This document shows positions 42,734 to 53,770 of a DNA stretch of 64,000 bases, piece after piece. Under the pieces are notes generated by a model that saw only the letters and a list, made by a program, of their open reading frames with translations, did no database searches and had not been told where the DNA came from. Numbering within the stretch: position 1 is the first letter of the stretch; each line of letters starts with the position of its first letter. The translations under genes were made by a program, and so were the position numbers. The stretch covers positions 36,092 through 100,091 of the forward strand of contig CALNXU010000006.1 in the NCBI GenBank assembly GCA_942490695.1, in the 5' to 3' direction. Source of the DNA: Merismopediaceae cyanobacterium. GTDB lineage: Bacteria > Cyanobacteriota > Cyanobacteriia > Cyanobacteriales > Microcystaceae.

Positions 42734-42844
42734 TACTCATTAAATTAATTGGATATTCCCAAACTATCAAGTTCGATACCTAGATTGGGTCACAGGATAT
42801 AATTTCACCTCCAATTTTTAGAGTCCTTCATCTGTATATGTCTA

Positions 42845-43055
42845 TCCTGGTTACACTGCATGGGACAAGGGCTTACCCCGATTTGCTTAGATGGCATAAC
42901 CTATCACTGAAGTCGCTATCGCAACGCCGACAACGGTGAATTGTATGGGTTCCATGATTTTGAGTTTGATAGCTGGTGTGAGGGTGGACATCGGGGTTAG
43001 TGCAATAGGGACAGTGGTGGCGAATTTTGTTGGGCTGGCGGGGCTTTACGACCAT
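42845..43055 (-). mobile_element. IS1-like transposase N-terminal remnant
   Basis: CPYC..HTSYQTQNHG..CRRC zinc ribbon similar to the element at 1-197; truncated. Confidence 0.6.
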
Positions 43056-43219
43056 TGAGAAAACGTCGATTGTATTAGGACGCTATTTCGGTTAAGTGAT
43101 AGGGAGTCTCATCTTAATTCACACTGGCTATGGTCTTGATATATTGGAGACCATGTAGCTTTCTCGTACTGCAAATTCAGTGTCAAGATAAAATCTGTCA
43201 TTAAATCCGACTGATATAG

Positions 43220-44479
43220 ATGAGTTCAATTGCCTACTTTGATTGTCCAACCGGCATCGCGGGGGATATGTGCCTAGGAGCCTTGGTGGATGCAGGCGTT
43301 CCCTTAGACTATTTGGCATCAAAATTAGCGGGCTTGGGTTTAGGGAAGGAATACAAACTCTGGGCAGAGTTAGTTCAAAAGCAGGGTCAGGCTGGAACGA
43401 AAGTGCATGTGGACTTAACCCCTGAGCATACCGCTGGCCCCAGTCATCATGCGCCCCATCGCCATTTGCTAGACATCGAACAACTCATTCAGCAAGCAGA
43501 GCTACCGGTCCGAGTGACTCAATGGAGTTTAGCGATATTTCGACAACTGGCGATCGCCGAAGGAGCGGTACATGGCATTGCCCCCGAAAAAGTGCATTTT
43601 CATGAAGTAGGCGCGACGGACGCCATTGTGGATATTGTGGGGACTTGTTTGGGGTTGGACTATTTGGGCATTGAAAGTTGCTATTGCTCAGCGCTGCCGA
43701 CCGGGAGTGGGACTGTGTGGGCAGCCCACGGCCGGATGCCGGTTCCCGTCCCAGCGGTGTTAAAACTTTGGCAATCTCGCACAGTGCCGGTTTATGACAA
43801 TGGCATTGAAGGGGAACTGGTCACTCCCACTGGTGCGGCGATCGCCGTCACGTTAGCAGAAAATTTTGGACAGCGGCCAGCCATGACAGTACAAAAAGTT
43901 GGCTTGGGGGCGGGTAATAAGGAGTTCAGCACCGCCAATTTGTTAAGGCTTTGGATTGGAGAAGCGGTAATCGCAACAGCCCCATCGTCACCAACGTTGT
44001 GGGGAGAACAGGAAACCATCGTGGCTTTACAAACCCAACTGGATGACATTCAACCCCAGGCCATTGGCTATCTGTTTGACCAGCTTTACCACCAGGGGGC
44101 AATTGAAGTGTTCACCACTGCGATTGGGATGAAAAAAAATCGTCCCGGCATTTTACTCACTGTCCTGTGTTTTCCTGGACATCAAGCCCAGTGCCAAAAC
44201 CTTCTTTTTCGAGAAACCACCACCCTCGGCATTCGGGTACAGCCCCAAACCCGTTATGCCCTCCAGCGGGAATGGCAAACGGTTGAAGTATGGGGAGAAA
44301 CAGTGCGCATCAAATTGGGTTTTGTGGAAATTGAAGGACGACGTAAAATCCTCAATACCCAGCCTGAATTTAGGGATTGTGTCGCCCTGGCCGAAAAAAC
44401 GCAGCAGCCTTGGCAACAGATTCAGCAGCAGGCGATCGCCGCCTGGGTGAATCAACGCACAGGAAATAATCCGGCTTAA
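43220..44479 (+). CDS. larC: Nickel pincer cofactor biosynthesis protein LarC (DUF111)
   Basis: [52 protein letters not shown]. Confidence 0.93.
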   Translation: MSSIAYFDCPTGIAGDMCLGALVDAGVPLDYLASKLAGLGLGKEYKLWAELVQKQGQAGTKVHVDLTPEHTAGPSHHAPHRHLLDIEQLIQQAELPVRVTQWSLAIFRQLAIAEGAVHGIAPEKVHFHEVGATDAIVDIVGTCLGLDYLGIESCYCSALPTGSGTVWAAHGRMPVPVPAVLKLWQSRTVPVYDNGIEGELVTPTGAAIAVTLAENFGQRPAMTVQKVGLGAGNKEFSTANLLRLWIGEAVIATAPSSPTLWGEQETIVALQTQLDDIQPQAIGYLFDQLYHQGAIEVFTTAIGMKKNRPGILLTVLCFPGHQAQCQNLLFRETTTLGIRVQPQTRYALQREWQTVEVWGETVRIKLGFVEIEGRRKILNTQPEFRDCVALAEKTQQPWQQIQQQAIAAWVNQRTGNNPA

Positions 44480-44595
44480 AGTATGGCGGCTAAAATTCAA
44501 CAAGATGAATTTTTTCGAGGAATCCCCGTAAATTCTTGCCCGTCGTAACCATCTAAGGCACGATAAACAGTGATCGATACTCTGCGGAAGGTTCT

Positions 44596-44871
44596 ATGCC
44601 CCAATCCTTTCAATGTCGAATTTATGTCACGTTACGACCCTCGGTTCTTGACCCAGCCGGGACAGCGGTGCAGTCCGGGCTCCAACAATTGGGCTATGAA
44701 GCGATTGATCAAGTCCGGATTGGTAAATATATTGAGCTTAATTTGACCGCTGACAGTGAACAGAATGCCCGTCAGCAACTCGATGCCATGTGCGACCAAC
44801 TTTTGGCTAATACAGTCATCGAAAACTACCGTTTTGAACTGTCCCCTGCCCTAGGAGCGATCACCCCATGA
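44596..44871 (+). CDS. purS: FGAM synthase subunit PurS
   Basis: LRPSVLDPAG, VRIGKYIE, LLANTVIENY. Confidence 0.95.
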   Translation: MPQSFQCRIYVTLRPSVLDPAGTAVQSGLQQLGYEAIDQVRIGKYIELNLTADSEQNARQQLDAMCDQLLANTVIENYRFELSPALGAITP

Positions 44872-45554
44872 CGTAATTTGGTGTGATTGTTTTTCCGGGG
44901 TCAAACTGTGACCGGGATATTGTGACGGTCACGAAAGGAATTTTGGGACAACCGACCCACCTAATCTGGCATCAAGACAGGGATTTACAGGAAGTTGATG
45001 TGGTGATGATACCGGGGGGATTTAGTTATGGAGACTATCTCCGCTGCGGGGCGATCGCCCGATTTTCCCCTGTGATGCAGGCCATTAAAGACCATGTTGA
45101 GGCGGGGAAATGGGTCATTGGCATCTGTAATGGTTTTCAGATTCTGACGGAGGTGGGACTACTGCCGGGGGCATTAATTCGTAACCGAGATTTACATTTT
45201 ATTTGTGACCAAGTGCCCATCTGTGTGGCACAGAACCAAAGTATTTGGACTAGGCACTATCAAGCGGGGCAAGTGCTCACCCTACCCATTGCCCACGGGG
45301 AAGGACGTTATTATGCCGATGCTGAGACGTTAAAGCAGCTAGAAGATAACCAGCAAATTCTTTTCCGTTATGGCGATCGGCAAGGACAATCCAATGACTC
45401 AACGAATCCCAATGGCTCCTTGCACCACATTGCCGGCATCACCAATCAACAGGGAAATGTGCTGGGAATGATGCCCCACCCGGAACGGGCCGCAGATTCA
45501 GCATTACAGACAGTGGATGGTTTACCGTTGTTTGAAAGTTTGAAAAATTTGTAA
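44868..45554 (+). CDS. purQ: FGAM synthase subunit PurQ (TAA at codon 3, or GTG start at 44883)
   Basis: FPGSNCD, PGGFSYGDYLR, GICNGFQIL, MMPHPER; reads ATG-ACG-TAA-TTT-GGT-GTG from 44868. Confidence 0.93.
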
Positions 45555-45669
45555 GGTGTGAACACACGACTTGGAAGGTGAATACCAACCGGAGCAATAG
45601 GGAGTAGTAATTTCTCGTGCCGTTTCGGTAGTGGCCCGAATGTAGTGATAAGGGTAAAAGTCAAGCCAA

Positions 45670-45870
45670 CTGGGCATTGTAGTGATGCATAAAAAACAGA
45701 GAGCCCCAACATGATTATCCAGCTTTTAGGAGAAAGAGAGACTCAAAGACTCTTGCGGACAAGAGGAGAGAAACGTTATCGGCAGATAGATATTCTTAAA
45801 GCGTTCCATCTGCTTAGTAAAGCCGGAATCTTTGCCAACGGAGCGATAGCGTTTAGATCATTTTCCCATG
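45670..45870 (-). pseudogene. Decayed IS1-family InsB C-terminal fragment
   Basis: Manual translation KRYRSVGKDSGFTKQMERFK..LVRKSL..KLDNHVGAL with stops and frameshifts. Confidence 0.65.
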
Positions 45871-45959
45871 GCGTTTTCCTCCGTTTGAATACTCCCAATG
45901 ACAAGTAAGAGAATTTCGAGCTAGGGTGGGTTGTAACGAAACGTTACACTTCTTACTAT

Positions 45960-47273
45960 TTGACCTTGACCACTTTTGCGACCCTCCGCCAATTAAACCC
46001 CACAACGCGTCGCACCTTCGGCTTGTTATTTGGGTCGGTGTTACTTTTTTGGTTGAGCTTAACGAGTTTGTTACCAACATTACCCATGTATGCCCAAGAT
46101 TTGGGCGCAACAACTCAGGAAGTGGGCTGGATCATGGGAAGCTTTGCCGTGGGCTTACTGGGGTCACGGGTTTGGATCGGGAATTTAGTTGATCGCCGGG
46201 GTCGTAAAATTGCCATATTAATTGGGGCATTCGTGGTGGCCCTTGCCCCTTTAGGGTATTTGGTGACATCACCCGTTTTACCGCTGATGGGAATGCGGGC
46301 TTTCCATGGCATTTGCATTGCCGCCTACACCACGGGCTATAACGCTCTAGTCGTGGACTTATCGCCGCCACGACAGCGGGGAGAATTGTTGGGCTATATG
46401 AGTTTAGCAATTCCTCTGGGCATGGGATTTGGCCCGGCGGGGGGGGCTTATGTGGCCCAAGCTTTTGGTTATCAAATATTGTTTTGTATTTCTGCTGTTT
46501 TAGGATTTAGTTCCTTATTTCTGGCGGTATTAGTGCCAGAACCTTGCCCCCAACTGGCATTACACTCCCAAGGCTTAAAAAAAGATAAGGGAATTGACGC
46601 TGAACCGATCGCCTCCCCTGAGACCCCTGTTCCCCCTCGCACGTTCTGGGAATTAATGTCTCACCAATCTCTTCTGGTTCCCGCATTGGTGCTTTTATTC
46701 ATTGGATTACTCTTTGGCAACTTAGCCACCTTTTTACCCCTGTTTACACGGGACATCGGGCTCGAAAAATATGCGGGTTTGTTCTACAGCACAGCGGCGA
46801 TCGCCAGCTTTTTTCCTCGCATTTTGCTGGGGCCCCTTGCGGACAAATATGGTCGGGGAGTTTTCATTGCCAGTAGTCTACTGTTTTATTTATCTGCGAT
46901 GGTTTGTTTAACCCATGCCAGCAATCCAGTGGAGTTACTAACCGCCGCCGCTTTAGAGGGGGCAGGGAGCGGCGTCTTGATTCCCATGAGCATTGCCCTG
47001 GTTTCCGACCGTTCCCGTCAGCAGGAGCGGGGCCGTGTTTTTTCAGTTTGTATGGGGGGATTTGATGTGGGCATTGCATTAGCTGCTCCCATCATGGGGT
47101 ATTTAAACTATTGGCTGGGGCATCGACAGGTATTTTGGTTGACAGGCGGTCTGGCCCTAGCGGCTTTTGTTTTGTTTTGTACCCGCTCAAACCCCACGGT
47201 GGGGCGGTCATTGAATTTCGCCATCGGCCGGACAAAGGACTTTTACGCAATTCCCCAGTCCCACCTTCCTTAA
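45960..47273 (+). CDS. MFS transporter
   Basis: About 12 TM helices, GNLVDRRGRK and ADKYGRG loop motifs. Confidence 0.92.
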   Translation: MTLTTFATLRQLNPTTRRTFGLLFGSVLLFWLSLTSLLPTLPMYAQDLGATTQEVGWIMGSFAVGLLGSRVWIGNLVDRRGRKIAILIGAFVVALAPLGYLVTSPVLPLMGMRAFHGICIAAYTTGYNALVVDLSPPRQRGELLGYMSLAIPLGMGFGPAGGAYVAQAFGYQILFCISAVLGFSSLFLAVLVPEPCPQLALHSQGLKKDKGIDAEPIASPETPVPPRTFWELMSHQSLLVPALVLLFIGLLFGNLATFLPLFTRDIGLEKYAGLFYSTAAIASFFPRILLGPLADKYGRGVFIASSLLFYLSAMVCLTHASNPVELLTAAALEGAGSGVLIPMSIALVSDRSRQQERGRVFSVCMGGFDVGIALAAPIMGYLNYWLGHRQVFWLTGGLALAAFVLFCTRSNPTVGRSLNFAIGRTKDFYAIPQSHLP

Positions 47274-47594
47274 GGCTGACCAACTGGGAACAACCCTTGT
47301 TCTTTTGACCCATAACAAAAGGGATAAACACTGCAAATTTATCCCGTAGGATCTGGCGATCGGATTTGACTCGCAGAGATTCCACCTGACGTCAGTGGGC
47401 GATCAAAATCGATAAAACCTTTTTCTTGCAGACGGGAAATGCCATCGCCGGGAACGGAACGTTCAAAATAGCTGATTTTATTGCCAGGGCAGTCTTTAAA
47501 ATCAGGCCGAGTCGATTTTTTATGCCAATTAGTCTAAACTCCTGAATAAGGTGATCCTTTATTTAATTAGCGTCAGACCGAGTCAACTTAGCGA

Positions 47595-50255
47595 ATGCAA
47601 CCCACCGACCCGAATCAGTTCACCGAGCAAGCCTGGGACGGCATTGTCAAATCCCAAGAAGTCGCCCGCCGTTTCAAAAATAGCAATCTCGAAGTGGAAC
47701 ACCTCGTGGTGGCCCTGTTGGAACAGGAAAAAGGGTTAACCCTCAGAATTTGTGAAAAAGCGGATATTGACCCTCTGGCATTGCAGCAACAACTGGAGAC
47801 GTTTGCTAATCGGCAGCCCCGGCAGCCCTATGTCGAGCAGCTCTACTTAGGCCGCAGCTTAGATTTAATGCTGGATGAAGCCGAAGCGGTGCGGGAAAGT
47901 TGGGACGATAAATACATCACGGCAGAACATATGCTTCTGGGGTTTGCTAGTGATGACCGCATTGGTCGCAAGGTTCTTCGGAGCTTTAACCTTGATCCCC
48001 AGGACTTGGAAAAAGCCATCCGCGCGATTCGGGGCACTCAAAAGGTAACAGAACCAAACCAAGAGGAACGTTATGAGGCATTGGATAAGTATGGACGCGA
48101 TTTAACAGAGCAGGCGGAGCAGGGCAAGCTAGATCCGGTGATTGGTCGGGATGAAGAAATTCGTCGGCTTATTCAAGTCCTCTCTCGACGGTCTAAAAAT
48201 AATCCGGTATTAATCGGAGAGCCGGGGGTGGGTAAAACGGCGATCGCCGAAGGATTGGCGCAACGGATTATTAATGGCGATGTGCCGGAATCGTTGAAAA
48301 ATCGACAGCTCATTTCTTTGGATATGGGTAGCCTCATTGCGGGGGCCAAATATCGGGGAGAATTTGAAGAACGGTTACGGTCTGTGATGAAAGAAGTGAC
48401 CGGCTCCGATGGACAAATTATCTTATTCATTGATGAAGTCCATACGGTGGTCGGGGCAGGAGGTCGAGAAGGCGCGGGTTCCATGGATGCCGGGAATTTA
48501 TTGAAACCGATGCTGGCTCGGGGAGAATTACGTTGCATCGGGGCAACCACGTTGGATGAGTACCGCAAACACATAGAAAAAGATCCGGCCCTCGAACGAC
48601 GTTTTCAGCAGGTTTATGTGAAGCAACCCAGCGTGGAAGACACCATTTCCATTCTGCGGGGGCTAAAGGAACGCTACGAAGTTCACCACGGCGTTAAGAT
48701 TACCGACTCTGCCCTGGTGGCAGCGGCTACCCTCTCCCAACGCTATATCCAAGACCGTTTTCTTCCAGACAAGGCGATCGATCTGGTGGACGAAGCCGCT
48801 GCCCGACTAAAAATGGAAATCACGTCTAAACCAGTGGAGTTAGAAGACATTGACCGCCGACTAATGCAATTGCAAATGGAGCAATTATCCCTAGAAGGGG
48901 AAGAAAAACGTCCTAGCCTGGGTACTGATAAATCCTCCAAAGAGCGACTTGAAAAAATTCAGCAGGAAATCATTGAACTGGAAACTCAACAACAAGGACT
49001 ATCGGGCCAATGGCAATCCGAAAAGCAGATGTTGGATGAAATTAATGCCCTAAAGGAAGAAGAGGAACAAATTCGTCGCCAAGTCGAGCAGGCAGAACGG
49101 GATTATGACCTAAACAAAGCGGCCCAGCTGAAATACGGCAAGCTGGAAGTCCTACAACATGACATTGAAGAAAAAGAAAGTAAACTTCTAGAAATTCAAG
49201 CCCAGGGGATTACTCTCCTACGGGAACAGGTGGAAGAGTCTGACATCGCGGAAATTGTGGCCGGTTGGACTGGCATTCCCATCAATCGCTTACTGGAAAC
49301 GGAACGACAGAAACTTTTACAACTAGAAGGACATTTACATCAACAGGTCATCGGTCAACAGGAAGCCGTCGCCATCGTTGCTGCTGCGATTCGCCGTGCC
49401 CGTGCGGGAATGAAAGACCCCAGTCGTCCCATTGGGTCATTCTTATTTATGGGTCCCACGGGGGTGGGTAAAACGGAATTAGCCCGCGCCCTAGCGCAAT
49501 TTCTTTTCGACAGTCAAGAAGCCATGATCCGAATCGATATGTCGGAGTACATGGAAAAACATGCTGTTTCCCGATTAATTGGTGCTCCTCCGGGTTATAT
49601 CGGTTATGAAGAAGGGGGACAGTTATCAGAAGCGGTTCGGCGTCGCCCCTACTCCGTGGTCTTGCTGGATGAAGTGGAAAAAGCCCACATGGACGTGTTT
49701 AATATTCTGTTGCAGGTGCTGGATGATGGACGTATCACTGATTCCCAAGGGCGGATCGTTGATTTTCGCAACACGATTATTGTGATGACGAGTAATATTG
49801 GCAGCGACCATATATTGGGGATGTCGGGGGATGATGCTAATTATGAAAAAATGCGGGAACGGGTGTTAAAAGCGCTACACAAGCAGTTTCGCCCAGAGTT
49901 TCTCAACCGAATTGATGATTTGATTATTTTCCACACCTTAAACCGCGAGGAATTGGGACAGATTGTTCGCCTCCAACTCAAACGCTTGGAGCAACTATTA
50001 GCGGAACAAAAACTATCCTTGCAACTGACTGATATGGCACTCGATCATATTGTGACAGCGGGTTATGACCCCACCTATGGAGCACGTCCCTTAAAGCGGG
50101 CAATTCAGCGGGAGTTGGAAAATCCCATTGCGACCAAAATTTTAGAAAATACCTTCGTTGCAGAGGATACGATTTTGATTGATTGTGTGGAGAATCAGTT
50201 GATGTTTAGTAAACAGGAAGAGGTGACGGATCCCGATTCCGTTTGTGTGAGTTGA
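47595..50255 (+). CDS. clpB: ATP-dependent chaperone ClpB
   Basis: Two AAA+ modules ([16 protein letters not shown]), coiled-coil M domain, YGARPLKR. Confidence 0.97.
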   Translation: MQPTDPNQFTEQAWDGIVKSQEVARRFKNSNLEVEHLVVALLEQEKGLTLRICEKADIDPLALQQQLETFANRQPRQPYVEQLYLGRSLDLMLDEAEAVRESWDDKYITAEHMLLGFASDDRIGRKVLRSFNLDPQDLEKAIRAIRGTQKVTEPNQEERYEALDKYGRDLTEQAEQGKLDPVIGRDEEIRRLIQVLSRRSKNNPVLIGEPGVGKTAIAEGLAQRIINGDVPESLKNRQLISLDMGSLIAGAKYRGEFEERLRSVMKEVTGSDGQIILFIDEVHTVVGAGGREGAGSMDAGNLLKPMLARGELRCIGATTLDEYRKHIEKDPALERRFQQVYVKQPSVEDTISILRGLKERYEVHHGVKITDSALVAAATLSQRYIQDRFLPDKAIDLVDEAAARLKMEITSKPVELEDIDRRLMQLQMEQLSLEGEEKRPSLGTDKSSKERLEKIQQEIIELETQQQGLSGQWQSEKQMLDEINALKEEEEQIRRQVEQAERDYDLNKAAQLKYGKLEVLQHDIEEKESKLLEIQAQGITLLREQVEESDIAEIVAGWTGIPINRLLETERQKLLQLEGHLHQQVIGQQEAVAIVAAAIRRARAGMKDPSRPIGSFLFMGPTGVGKTELARALAQFLFDSQEAMIRIDMSEYMEKHAVSRLIGAPPGYIGYEEGGQLSEAVRRRPYSVVLLDEVEKAHMDVFNILLQVLDDGRITDSQGRIVDFRNTIIVMTSNIGSDHILGMSGDDANYEKMRERVLKALHKQFRPEFLNRIDDLIIFHTLNREELGQIVRLQLKRLEQLLAEQKLSLQLTDMALDHIVTAGYDPTYGARPLKRAIQRELENPIATKILENTFVAEDTILIDCVENQLMFSKQEEVTDPDSVCVS

Positions 50256-50467
50256 TTGGACAGGCATTGGGAAAACCTTTGACTGACTGAAAAATATTCA
50301 TCCCTGGGTCGTTGGACTGGATGACCACTGAATTTAGATTGAGCATACTCGTCGAGATGGCGATCGCCTCGATAATAAATTTTCGTTTCTGCGGGTATGC
50401 CTTCGTCATCACAAAAGGGTATTGTCCTTGTATTCCTTGATCTCACCATAGACTACAAGCAGTATCC

Positions 50468-51616
50468 ATGACCGCCTCTCCCCCCGTAAACGAACGTTAC
50501 CGCTATCCCGAAAAAAGCGTTGATATCCCGACCCGTTGGCTATTTGGCCCTGGTCCGTGTAACGCTCATCCCCGCGTACTGGCCGCCATGAGCTTACCCT
50601 TGATTGGTCATCTCGACCCTGATTTTCTGGCCTTAATGGATGAATCCCAACAGCTACTGCGTTATGCCTGGCAAACTGAAAACCGCTTTACCATTCCCAT
50701 CAGTGGAACGGGGAGCGCTGCCATGGAAGCAACCTTAGCTAATACCATCGAACCGGGGGATAGGGTGCTGGTGGGGGTCAATGGCTACTTCGGTCATCGA
50801 TTAGTGGACATGGCAGAACGTTATCGGGCGGAAGTGCATCAAATCAGTAAGCCTTGGGGAGAAATTTTTTCCTTGGAAGAATTAAAATCTGCCCTAGAAA
50901 CCCATCACCCCAAGATTTTTGCCCTGGTTCAAGCGGAAACCTCCACCGGGGCACGGCAGCCGCTGGAAGGTGTGGGAGAACTTTGTCATCAATATGATTG
51001 CCTCCTGCTGGCTGATACGGTGACGAGCTTGGGGGCGATTCCTGTATTGCTCGATGAATGGCAAGTGGATATGGCCTACAGCTGCTCGCAAAAAGGCTTG
51101 GGTTGCGCGCCGGGTGCATCCCCGTTAACCCTGAGTGACCGGGCGGTGGCAAAAATGCAGTCCCGTCAGGGGAAAGTTCCCAACTGGTATTTAGATGTTT
51201 CTCTATTGAGCCAATACTGGGGGGATGAACGGACTTACCACCACACTGCACCCATTAATATGAACTATGGTTTACGGGAAGCATTAAAGTTGGTGGCAGA
51301 AGAAGGATTAGAAGCCCGTTGGCAACGCCATCAAGAGAATGCAGAAATGCTCTGGCAGGGGTTGGTGAATCTAGGGTTAACACTCCATGTCCCTGAAGCC
51401 TACCGTTTGGCCTCCCTGACCACAGTTCGAGTGCCCGATGGCATCGATGCCAAGGCGATCGCCACAAAATTACGAGTGGAATACAACATCGAAATAGGAT
51501 TAGGGCTAGGGGAACTGGCGGGGAAAGTTTGGCGCATTGGCTTAATGGGCTATAACAGTCGTCCTGAAAGTGTGTTGCTATTACTGGCTGCAATGCAAAA
51601 AGTCCTCAAACCCTAA
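50468..51616 (+). CDS. Alanine-glyoxylate/serine-pyruvate aminotransferase (class V)
   Basis: GPGP, GTGSAAME, ETSTG, DTVTSLG, SQKGL, YHHT, WRIGLMG. Confidence 0.92.
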   Translation: MTASPPVNERYRYPEKSVDIPTRWLFGPGPCNAHPRVLAAMSLPLIGHLDPDFLALMDESQQLLRYAWQTENRFTIPISGTGSAAMEATLANTIEPGDRVLVGVNGYFGHRLVDMAERYRAEVHQISKPWGEIFSLEELKSALETHHPKIFALVQAETSTGARQPLEGVGELCHQYDCLLLADTVTSLGAIPVLLDEWQVDMAYSCSQKGLGCAPGASPLTLSDRAVAKMQSRQGKVPNWYLDVSLLSQYWGDERTYHHTAPINMNYGLREALKLVAEEGLEARWQRHQENAEMLWQGLVNLGLTLHVPEAYRLASLTTVRVPDGIDAKAIATKLRVEYNIEIGLGLGELAGKVWRIGLMGYNSRPESVLLLLAAMQKVLKP

Positions 51617-51689
51617 ACCGTCGTTTCTGGTGGCCAACGCATAAAAAAAATCTTAAGCAAATTATCTTCCTATTTTTACCTAACTTTTC

Positions 51690-51813
51690 TTAGAACGTGT
51701 TTGAAAAGTCCATCGAAACTCAGGCTGGGCAAGGATTTGAGCACTTTTGCTAAAAACAGGCTCTATCCCCCATCAAATAAGGGATTCAGCAAAACTTTTC
51801 AAACATACTCTAA
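51690..51813. mobile_element. MITE of about 124 bp with IS5-like ends
   Basis: Terminal inverted repeats TTA-GAACGTGTTTGAAAAGT and ACTTTTCAAACATACTC-TAA; no ORF. Confidence 0.7.
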
Positions 51814-52122
51814 GACTGGATTCCAAGAATAAGGCTAAAGTAATTGTCTTGATGAGAAAATCCACCTAGAAATACCTTCACCACTGACTTCCGATAATCG
51901 GTAGAGAGCCAGGCTCTCAATAAGCGGATTAGACTAAAAACTTTACTGGATAAGTGTTTCAGCCTTTTGTCCTTTTAAATGAGCTAAAAAATGTGTCCGT
52001 CAGTGAGCACTTAACTGTCCGTCAGTGGATTCACGCTAGTATGTCACATAAAAGTACCTCACAAAAAAAATATTGATTTTCGCAAAATAAATTCATACTT
52101 TTCAACAAAAATAAATTTTAAC

Positions 52123-52231
52123 CTAGTGTTTTGTCAGCCATGAAATGATGGATAAATTTTCTTCAAAGCTTTTGCTTGGCAATAATTTTAGAGCCTTGTT
52201 ATTCATCAAAATACAATTGACAGACCACTAG
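52123..52231. mobile_element. MITE of about 109 bp with CTAG ends
   Basis: Imperfect inverted repeats CTAGTGTTTTGTCA..TGATGGATAA and TTATTCATCA..TTGACAGACCACTAG. Confidence 0.7.
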
Positions 52232-53657
52232 TGGGCCATTTGCTTCGAGCATTGCCATTATTCCAAGAGAGTAACGTGTCTGCGAAGGGGAAATCGAGTG
52301 CAAGCACCTGAGCCACCTAGGTGATAGCGTTTTCGTAAGCGAGCCCGCCATCGGCGCTGAGCCCGCTTACCACCCCATTCAAAGGGCGTTGGGTTCTGAT
52401 TCCAAGCGTCGGCAACCGCTTCAACCCAGTCGATGATTTGCTGAGGAGACCTTGGATATTGTCCGCCTAGCGCCCGTTGCTTCAGGATTTTCTGAATCGA
52501 TTCAGCCATATTTAGCCAACTGCCGCCGAGCGGGGTATACAACGGCAGAATTCCCTGTTCACACAGCCACAAGACGAACTCAGCTGTTTTGTGGCCTGCT
52601 AGATTGTCGCTGACCAGCAGCATTCGCAAAGGTGGCAACTGTTCGGGCAGGGTAAATTTGACCGTTAATCCCTGACGCCAGCTTTCCCAGAGTGCCAGGG
52701 TCGCTTCCCTTGACAACGAGTTGGTCTGAACCGGTAACACTTGCAGTATCTTGCTCAGACATTCCTTTAGCCAAGGGTGTAAGACGTGGTTAGGGCAGGC
52801 TTTGACCCCCTTGACATAAACTTGTCCATCCACAGGATGAAACAGCGTCAGAATCTTGGCTGTCCCGTTCGGGATAAATTCGTGAGGATGTTTCAACGGC
52901 TCACCTTGAGGTTGCCAATCCGACGTTGGATAGGGCTGTGTCGAATAGGGTCCCGCTTCATCTTCAGCCCAAACCGATAACCCCATTTGCTCTCCCCAGC
53001 GGTAGGCGCGCTCAATCAACTCTTCTTTGCTTCAGTATCGGGGTCTGTAACTTCGACGATACCGCTTTTACGTCGGCGCAGGACCTGTCCCGTATGACAC
53101 CAACTGCGATTAGCCTACCAACTCCAATCCGATTCATGCAATACTCGCCAAATCGTGTAGGTGCTTATCTTCGCAAACTCTGGCTGTTTTCGTAGATGGC
53201 GCTGTAGTAAGCTCAATGACCACACCACAGCCCCGTCTTTTTCCCGCTCTGGAGGCTGCTTGACCGTAGCCAGGATGGCTTCCCTTTTCGAACAGTCATA
53301 CACCACTTGCTGACCGCCTCCATGACGAGGCTCAAGAGCTGCTATGCCTTCTTCATTAAATCGACTTACCAACTTAGACACTGCATCCCCCGAACGTCTC
53401 CCAACGGAATGGGCCGCATCAGTATAACTGTAACCATCAGCCACCGCTAGCAATAGTTGGGCTCGTATGACATGGATAGCGGGTTCTCGTCTCGCTCTAC
53501 TCAATTGTTCCAAAATTTGACGTTCTTGCTCCATCAAGGGACGTAGCGGCGCTTTTTGCCGGCGTGTCATCTCCCTTACCCTGATACAGGGTATTGAGCT
53601 CTACTCTTATAGTCTCGCAAACTTTAATGGCTACTGGCGTGACAAACGTCCCACTAG
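52228..53657 (-). mobile_element. IS630-family insertion sequence (inactive)
   Basis: HTH ORF 53115-53570 and DDE ORF 52258-53019 (EDEAGP, DNLAGH, SWLNMAE); ends CTAGTGGGCCATTTG and CAAACGTCCCACTAG (right boundary uncertain by about 20 bp); TAG at 53115 interrupts WSW*ANRSWC. Confidence 0.85.
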
Positions 53658-53770
53658 GAGTAATTTCAAGCTGTCCTCCGACAGTATCACCGATTAAAGC
53701 AGCTTGAGCAGGGGCATTAGCCACCATTAAGCTAGTAGAAGCCATCACTGCCTCTAATACAACCTTAGTT
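53658..53770 (-). pseudogene. N-terminal fragment of a secreted (PEP-CTERM-type) protein cut by IS630 and IS66
   Basis: TTKVVLEAVMASTSLMVANAPAQAALIGDTVGGQLEIT resembles a signal peptide with APAQAA cleavage site. Confidence 0.5.

Noticed and set aside
43220-44479. larC without other lar genes
   Set aside because: Dispersed lar homologs are common in cyanobacteria
47540-47594. Possible CIRCE element upstream of clpB
   Set aside because: Does not match TTAGCACTC-N9-GAGTGCTAA
50195-50449. Short minus-strand ORFs between clpB and the aminotransferase
   Set aside because: Overlap the clpB end, no recognisable family
9442-53117. Stop-codon reassignment to explain in-frame stops
   Set aside because: All three stop types occur (TGA, TAA, TAG), mostly in pseudogenes, and normal genes end with all three
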